Below, in pieces: positions 59,439 to 64,000 of a stretch of 64,000 nt of DNA (position 1 is the stretch's first letter; every line of letters starts with the position of its first letter). Both the position numbers and the translations under genes were made by a program. Under the pieces are notes generated by a model. The model did no database searches. It saw only the letters and a list, made by a program, of their open reading frames with translations, and had not been told where the DNA came from. The stretch is from Candidatus Omnitrophota bacterium (GTDB lineage: Bacteria; Omnitrophota; Gorgyraeia; Tantalellales; Tantalellaceae), in contig JADGBR010000013.1 of NCBI GenBank assembly GCA_015231405.1, positions 7,222 through 71,221 on the forward strand. Direction: 5' to 3'.

Positions 59439-60418
59439 GCATGCCCCAGTATAACGGCTCCCAGGGCCATGGAGTAATCTATAAATTCGTTATTATCGAC
59501 GTCCCATATCCTGCACCCGCTGGCCTTTTCGGCAAAAACCGGGGCTACGCCCTGGACGAATTGCGTCGGCCCTTTACTGAAAGTCTGGCTCATCCCAGGT
59601 ATGAGTCCGGCGACCTTGCCGGCGAGTTTTTGTGACACGCTTATATCTATCCTTCGCGGCTCAACGTCTCCTGAATCGATAAAACTTTTATAATACCCTT
59701 CGTTTATCACGGGGGGATCCGTTTTGACCGATATACCGGGTTTTTCCCTTAGAAGATCGAGAACATCGTCCGCCGTGAACACCTCTCCCGCGGCATAAAG
59801 GCGTTTATAAACTCCCCGCACAAAAATAAGATCGTCCATGGTATCCACGGACCATTTGTGCTTATTCACGTCCACGGGTATATCGCTTTGTACGTTCTTT
59901 ATCCTGAATTTCCGCTCATCCCTTAAATAAGGCGTAACATGTTCCCTGAAATATTTTTCCTTTGTTACCTTCCAGGCCTCCTCCAGCGCGCCAAAAGAGA
60001 ACACTTCCACATCAGTGCCTTCCGGGTATGAATAGACCAGGGTATTGGCGGTATAATCGTAGCCGCCTTCGAGATGGACCTTCATGACCTTTTCAATTAT
60101 GTCCGGCGAGCACAAAGGGCAGTCTGAAGTGACCCTGACCACGGTATCGGCTTTATTTTCAAGCGCCGCCGTGTAAAACCGGTCTAGGACGTCGTCCGCG
60201 TCACCCCTAAAGAACACTATCCCGTTCTCCAGAGCGAACCGGACTATGACCGAGTCCTCGTCTTTCACCGTGGTGGCTATTACCACTCTGTCTATGGACC
60301 TGACCCGTCTCAGCCTGTCCACCACATGCCACAGCATGGGTTTCCCCTCTATTTCCATGAGAGTCTTCCCGGGGAACCGGGAAGATCCCATCCGGGCCTG
60401 GACTATTCCCACTATCAT
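58559..60418 (-). CDS. fusion: acylneuraminate/sugar cytidylyltransferase (SpsF/NeuA-like) + class III aminotransferase (GSA-aminomutase-like), 3' end apparently degenerate
   Basis: IVQARMGSSRFPGKTL (CTP-transferase); MVRFGKNGSDATSGAVRAARAYTGKDKI...ALLIFDAMM aligns to HemL-type up to the LxFDEVMTGFR block, then homology is lost for the last ~134 codons. Confidence 0.6.
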   Translation of the reverse strand: MIVGIVQARMGSSRFPGKTLMEIEGKPMLWHVVDRLRRVRSIDRVVIATTVKDEDSVIVRFALENGIVFFRGDADDVLDRFYTAALENKADTVVRVTSDCPLCSPDIIEKVMKVHLEGGYDYTANTLVYSYPEGTDVEVFSFGALEEAWKVTKEKYFREHVTPYLRDERKFRIKNVQSDIPVDVNKHKWSVDTMDDLIFVRGVYKRLYAAGEVFTADDVLDLLREKPGISVKTDPPVINEGYYKSFIDSGDVEPRRIDISVSQKLAGKVAGLIPGMSQTFSKGPTQFVQGVAPVFAEKASGCRIWDVDNNEFIDYSMALGAVILGHAYPAVENSVIETIRKGTTFTLPHRLEGELAGLISETVPSAEMVRFGKNGSDATSGAVRAARAYTGKDKIACSGYHGWQDWFIGTTARNDGVPKAVRELTIPFEYNRVETLEKIFRENKGEIACVIMEPAGIREPENGFLEAVKDLAHSNGALLIFDAMMRIAMKTAAQAPLDAVKRSDTKSATVRTHNSTLPNTLIRPDIRDSNAWSGHGKKAKQAARGNTMEIQLPRLLGFPNEAWTLPSSPKSPYPLIKSRPVIFWNMASAEMSAMDRNSTPVTRRSLSRVFTLSAIIKKV

Positions 60419-61401
60419 ACTTTCACCGTCTTCCCTATGGAGGCGGACTTATGGCACGCCATGACCACCTTCAAGACACCTTGAGCTTCACCGATATCAT
60501 TCACGGTCTTTTTCCGGGTTTTAACGCATTCAATAAAGTGCGTGGCCTGATCGATGAACATCTGTTCCCTTTCGGTATTGATATTCTCCTCGAACACGGT
60601 ACTTTTTCGGGCATCCACGCCGAACAGTTCAACTTTTTGCGAAATGTAATCCCATGTCACGACCCCTTTATCCCCGATGAACTTGCAATGCCTCCTGTAG
60701 GTCCTTTGCAAATAATCCAGGTGCACCTGGGCGACTGTACCCTTTCTGAATACAAGCAGTATTTCCGCGAGATCCTCGGTGGAAATGTCAAGGCCGCTCA
60801 CTTTCCCGCAATAACAGAAAACCCGGTCAACTTTCCCGAACAGGCGGCACAAAAAATCTATTTCGTGGATTATATCAAGGATAACCCCGCCACCCAGCTC
60901 TTTCCGGGCGCTATACGCCGCCCGGTAATCGGTCCCCGGGCGCCAGTATGGCAGATAAAACCCCGCTTCGGCGCGCGCCGACAGCACCTTGCCTATTTTG
61001 CCGTTTTCTATGATGCTCGCGGCTTTTATGAAGCTCGGGAAAAACCTTGTATTGCACGCTACCATAGTTACGAGCTTGTGCCTGGCGACGGCCGCCTTTA
61101 GCCTGTCTATCCCGGAAAGGTCGTTCGAAAGCGGTTTCTCTATGAACAGATCGATCCCTTTCTCCGCGAATGCCAGGGCTGTTTTCACATGAGTCACCGT
61201 CGGCGTACAGATGAACGCCCCGTCATAGTTTTTTTTCATGGCCTCCGGCAGTGTGCCGTATACGTCTATCCCGAACGACCTCACGATATTGGCGCGGGCA
61301 CGTCTCGCCGGGTCTACCCCCGAGATCTCGTGACCCATGCGCAAAAGATTCCTGATATGCCTCTCGCCTATCGACCCGAGTCCCGCCACTAAAAATCGCA
61401 T
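60415..61401 (-). CDS. Gfo/Idh/MocA family oxidoreductase
   Basis: MRFLVAGLGSIGERHIRNL; EKPLSNDLSG. Confidence 0.75.
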   Translation of the reverse strand: MRFLVAGLGSIGERHIRNLLRMGHEISGVDPARRARANIVRSFGIDVYGTLPEAMKKNYDGAFICTPTVTHVKTALAFAEKGIDLFIEKPLSNDLSGIDRLKAAVARHKLVTMVACNTRFFPSFIKAASIIENGKIGKVLSARAEAGFYLPYWRPGTDYRAAYSARKELGGGVILDIIHEIDFLCRLFGKVDRVFCYCGKVSGLDISTEDLAEILLVFRKGTVAQVHLDYLQRTYRRHCKFIGDKGVVTWDYISQKVELFGVDARKSTVFEENINTEREQMFIDQATHFIECVKTRKKTVNDIGEAQGVLKVVMACHKSASIGKTVKV

Positions 61402-61413
61402 ATCGTCATCCCT

Positions 61414-62790
61414 TTAGTTGTGTTTCACCTTATTCCACGCGTTAAGCTCTTCCGCCATCTCTTTCTGCTTTTTCATAAGTGTCTCGTCCGAAAAACCTGT
61501 AAAATTGACGACTATCTTCTCTCCCTGTTCTCCGAGGCCCATGATATACCTTTCTTCGTCGCCTATAAGCCCGCGCTCCACGGCCATCTTGTAAAGTTCG
61601 GTCCCGGGATAAGGCGTCATGAAAAAAATCACCTCCGGAGCCAGCCCGAGTTCTTTACAGAAATCGGCTGTTTCGCTCAGCGACTCTTCATCTTCACCCG
61701 GATAACCTATCATGAAAGAACAGGCCGCCGATCCCAGATATTTCTGGGTCAACCTCACCGCCTCCTTAGCCTGTTCGACCGTGACGCCTTTCTTGATCAG
61801 GTCGAGCATCCTCTGGCTGCCGGACTCTATCCCGTAACCGATCCAAACACATCCCGAACCGGCCATCTTCCTTATCAGTTCTTCGGTCATCAGATTAGCC
61901 CTGCCTGAACATCCCCAGGTGATATTTTCGCCGACGCTTTTCGAGAAACGGGTTATCTCTTCGCAAAACCCGTGAACCTGCTCCCTGCTGACCACAAATT
62001 CGTCGTCAAAAAAATGAAAATATTTCACGCCGTATCTCTCGTAAAGGGCCTTGATCTCCCCGACTATGTTCCCGGGCGTCCTCATCCGGTATTTCTGGCC
62101 CATAAAATCGTGGTAACAATAAATGCAGGAATACGGACAGCCCCTCGACGCGAGCAGGTTCATGGACAAATTATTTTTCCCTTCGGCAGCTCCGTCCAGC
62201 CATTTGTTCTTATTCGGCGCCCCGACCGGATTAGACAGGTATATTTCCATGGGGAACAGGTCCCACGCGGGAAAAGGCTGCGCATCCAGGTCCGCTATCG
62301 GCGGGCGCGGCCCGGTACTAACTATACTCCCGCCGTCGTCCTTAAAACATATCCCTTTGACATCCCTTAGGGATATCCCTTTTCCCAGCGCGTCAAGCAG
62401 TTCGGCGATGGTCTCTTCCCCTTCCGACAGGCACACGATATCCACGGGATTATTCCGTAACATCAATTCGGGAACGGAAGTGCCCACGCTGCCGCCTATG
62501 ATTAGCGGTTTAAGCGGATGGTGCTTTTTGATCACCCCGGACAGCCACTTGATGTACTTATACGTCGTGATTATCCCGCCTATCCCGACAACGTCGAACT
62601 CGGCGTCTTTTACGCGCTGTTCGACGGATATTCTATCGGCCCTCAGCGCATTGATGTCATAAACCTCCGCGGTCCTCCCGGTCTGGCGGATAACCGCCGC
62701 TATCAAACCCAGTCCCAGAGGAAAACAATTCGGTTTTGACCACTCCCTGATCGGAGGATTGATCAACAATACTTTCTCAATGGACACCAA
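61414..62790 (-). CDS. B12-binding domain radical SAM protein
   Basis: N-terminal B12-binding-like region; CPYSCIYC cluster. Confidence 0.75.
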   Translation of the reverse strand: MVSIEKVLLINPPIREWSKPNCFPLGLGLIAAVIRQTGRTAEVYDINALRADRISVEQRVKDAEFDVVGIGGIITTYKYIKWLSGVIKKHHPLKPLIIGGSVGTSVPELMLRNNPVDIVCLSEGEETIAELLDALGKGISLRDVKGICFKDDGGSIVSTGPRPPIADLDAQPFPAWDLFPMEIYLSNPVGAPNKNKWLDGAAEGKNNLSMNLLASRGCPYSCIYCYHDFMGQKYRMRTPGNIVGEIKALYERYGVKYFHFFDDEFVVSREQVHGFCEEITRFSKSVGENITWGCSGRANLMTEELIRKMAGSGCVWIGYGIESGSQRMLDLIKKGVTVEQAKEAVRLTQKYLGSAACSFMIGYPGEDEESLSETADFCKELGLAPEVIFFMTPYPGTELYKMAVERGLIGDEERYIMGLGEQGEKIVVNFTGFSDETLMKKQKEMAEELNAWNKVKHN

Positions 62791-63913
62791 GCGCCCCCTT
62801 TAAGGCCTTAACAACGTATTTGATCTCCTTTTCCTTCATTTCGGGAAAAATAGGCAAAGTTATCGCCTGGCTGTAATACTTCTCGGCGACTGGACATGAG
62901 ACGTTCTTATATCCGGCGGACCTGTAGAACGGCTGAGTGTATACCGGGATGTAGTGTACGTTCACATTTATGCCTGCCCCGCGTAATCTGTCAAAGACAT
63001 TTTTCCGTCCAGTTCGCACCCTTATAACGTAAATGTGCCAGGCCGACTTCCCCAGCTCTCCGGCCCCGGGCAGTTTAAGACCGTCTATACCCGATAATTC
63101 TCGGGTATAGGTTTCGGCTATCTTCTCTCTTCTTTTAATGAAACCATCCAGCCTTCTCAGCTGGGAGAGCCCAAGCGCACACTGTATATCGGTTATCCTG
63201 TAGTTATACCCCAGCTCCCTCATCTCGTACTGCCATTCACCCTCCGGATGGGCGATATCCCGGGTTATCCCGTGATTTCTCAACAAAAGCAACCTCTTAT
63301 ACAACTCCTTGCTGTTAGTAGTCACCGCCCCGCCCTCACCGGTAGTGATGGATTTTACCGGATGAAAACTGAAGATCGTCATATCGGAATGCTCGCAGCA
63401 GCCTATCCTGCGCCCCTTATACTCGGCGCCGAGAGCGTGCGCCGCGTCTTCGATCACGATAAGCTTATTCCTCCGGGCTATTCTCCGGATATGTTCAAGG
63501 TCCGCCGGCCGGCCGGCGAAATGCACGGGGATCAGGGCACATGTCTTCTTCCTGATCTTTTTTTCCATGTCGGCGGGGTCGATATTCACGCTGTCTTCCA
63601 GGACGTCCGCGAAAACGGGTTTCCCGCCCGCGTACAGGACACAGTTCGCTGAAGCGACGAACGTTATCGCCGATGTTATCGCTTCTCTCCCGGGCTTTAT
63701 CCCGGCTGCTATCGCGGCTATGTGCAGCGCCGCCGTACCGCTTGAAACAACTACGGCGTATTTCGCCCCGGTATATGCCTGGAGGGCGTCCTCGAATTCT
63801 TTCACTTTAGGCCCTTGCGTTATGAAAGGTCCTTCTATAGCCCTCCTTACGGCTTCAATATCGGCCCGGGATATCGATTGTTTCCCATAGGGTATTACCA
63901 TTTTCCCGGGCAT
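62777..63913 (-). CDS. DegT/DnrJ/EryC1/StrS family PLP-dependent sugar aminotransferase
   Basis: ITQGPKVKEFE..YAVVVSSGTAALHIA..FSFHPVKSITTGEGG. Confidence 0.8.
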   Translation of the reverse strand: MPGKMVIPYGKQSISRADIEAVRRAIEGPFITQGPKVKEFEDALQAYTGAKYAVVVSSGTAALHIAAIAAGIKPGREAITSAITFVASANCVLYAGGKPVFADVLEDSVNIDPADMEKKIRKKTCALIPVHFAGRPADLEHIRRIARRNKLIVIEDAAHALGAEYKGRRIGCCEHSDMTIFSFHPVKSITTGEGGAVTTNSKELYKRLLLLRNHGITRDIAHPEGEWQYEMRELGYNYRITDIQCALGLSQLRRLDGFIKRREKIAETYTRELSGIDGLKLPGAGELGKSAWHIYVIRVRTGRKNVFDRLRGAGINVNVHYIPVYTQPFYRSAGYKNVSCPVAEKYYSQAITLPIFPEMKEKEIKYVVKALKGALGVH

Positions 63914-63917
63914 CTCA

Positions 63918-64000
63918 GGATCCTCCGTTTATGGTTCTACGCAATTCCCGTACGGTCAGGAATTCCGGGTTGTCCTGGCTTGTGTACCTGAAGCCGTCCT
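63918..64000 (-). CDS. 3' end of upstream gene (partial, function unknown)
   Basis: Open frame ..DGFRYTSQDNPEFLTVRELRRTINGGS* ending 4 nt before DegT start. Confidence 0.3.

Noticed and set aside
58880-59635. 251-aa plus-strand ORF and several other 60-200-aa ORFs in 60.4-63.7 kb on the plus strand
   Set aside because: They are antisense to convincing minus-strand enzymes (Gfo/Idh/MocA, B12-rSAM, DegT). They are Arg/Pro-rich.

Overview
This is a 64-kb bacterial window of about 55% GC. The organism is unknown; prepilin-type N-terminal proteins and a giant ORF hint at a PVC/Omnitrophota-like lineage, but that is inference only. The window has three parts. (1) 1-7.7 kb is a housekeeping block: yicC-gmk-rpoZ, coaC and coaB as separate ORFs, a pseudopilin-like protein, secreted proteins, an SGNH hydrolase, a short pyruvate kinase, a lipoprotein and an M50 protease. 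(2) 7.7-21.3 kb holds a perfect 23-bp inverted repeat. Next to it is an orphan copy of the 3' end of a giant gene, followed by an AT-rich SAM-methyltransferase gene. The convergent giant gene itself encodes a 2001-aa SNF2-family ATPase with two sigma-70 region-4-like HTH modules. This part also contains a PC4-like ssDNA-binding protein, an AlkD-like repair protein, a histidine kinase, a TPR protein, an AT-rich membrane-protein gene and tRNA-Ser(CGA). (3) 21.5-64 kb is a very large glycan-biosynthesis locus, mostly a single-strand array of overlapping genes. It encodes a GDP-heptose pathway (GmhA, HddA-like kinase, GmhB, HddC-like nucleotidyltransferase) and five class-I SAM methyltransferases (one with an N-terminal zinc-ribbon module). 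It also encodes four radical SAM enzymes (two SPASM-type, two B12-binding), five GT4 and one ArnC-like GT2 glycosyltransferases, an ArnT-like GT-C protein, two tandem paralogous polytopic membrane proteins, a Wzx flippase and an AsnB-like amidotransferase. Further genes are WbpB/WbpD/DegT-like amino-sugar enzymes, two paralogous SDR epimerase/dehydratases, and a convergent gene pair (an O-antigen ligase-like gene and a cytidylyltransferase-aminotransferase fusion) that both appear truncated at a shared junction. No CRISPR array, IS element or integrase was seen. Three AT-rich segments (about 8.0-8.8 kb, 19.4-21.1 kb and 54.8-56.1 kb) look horizontally acquired.
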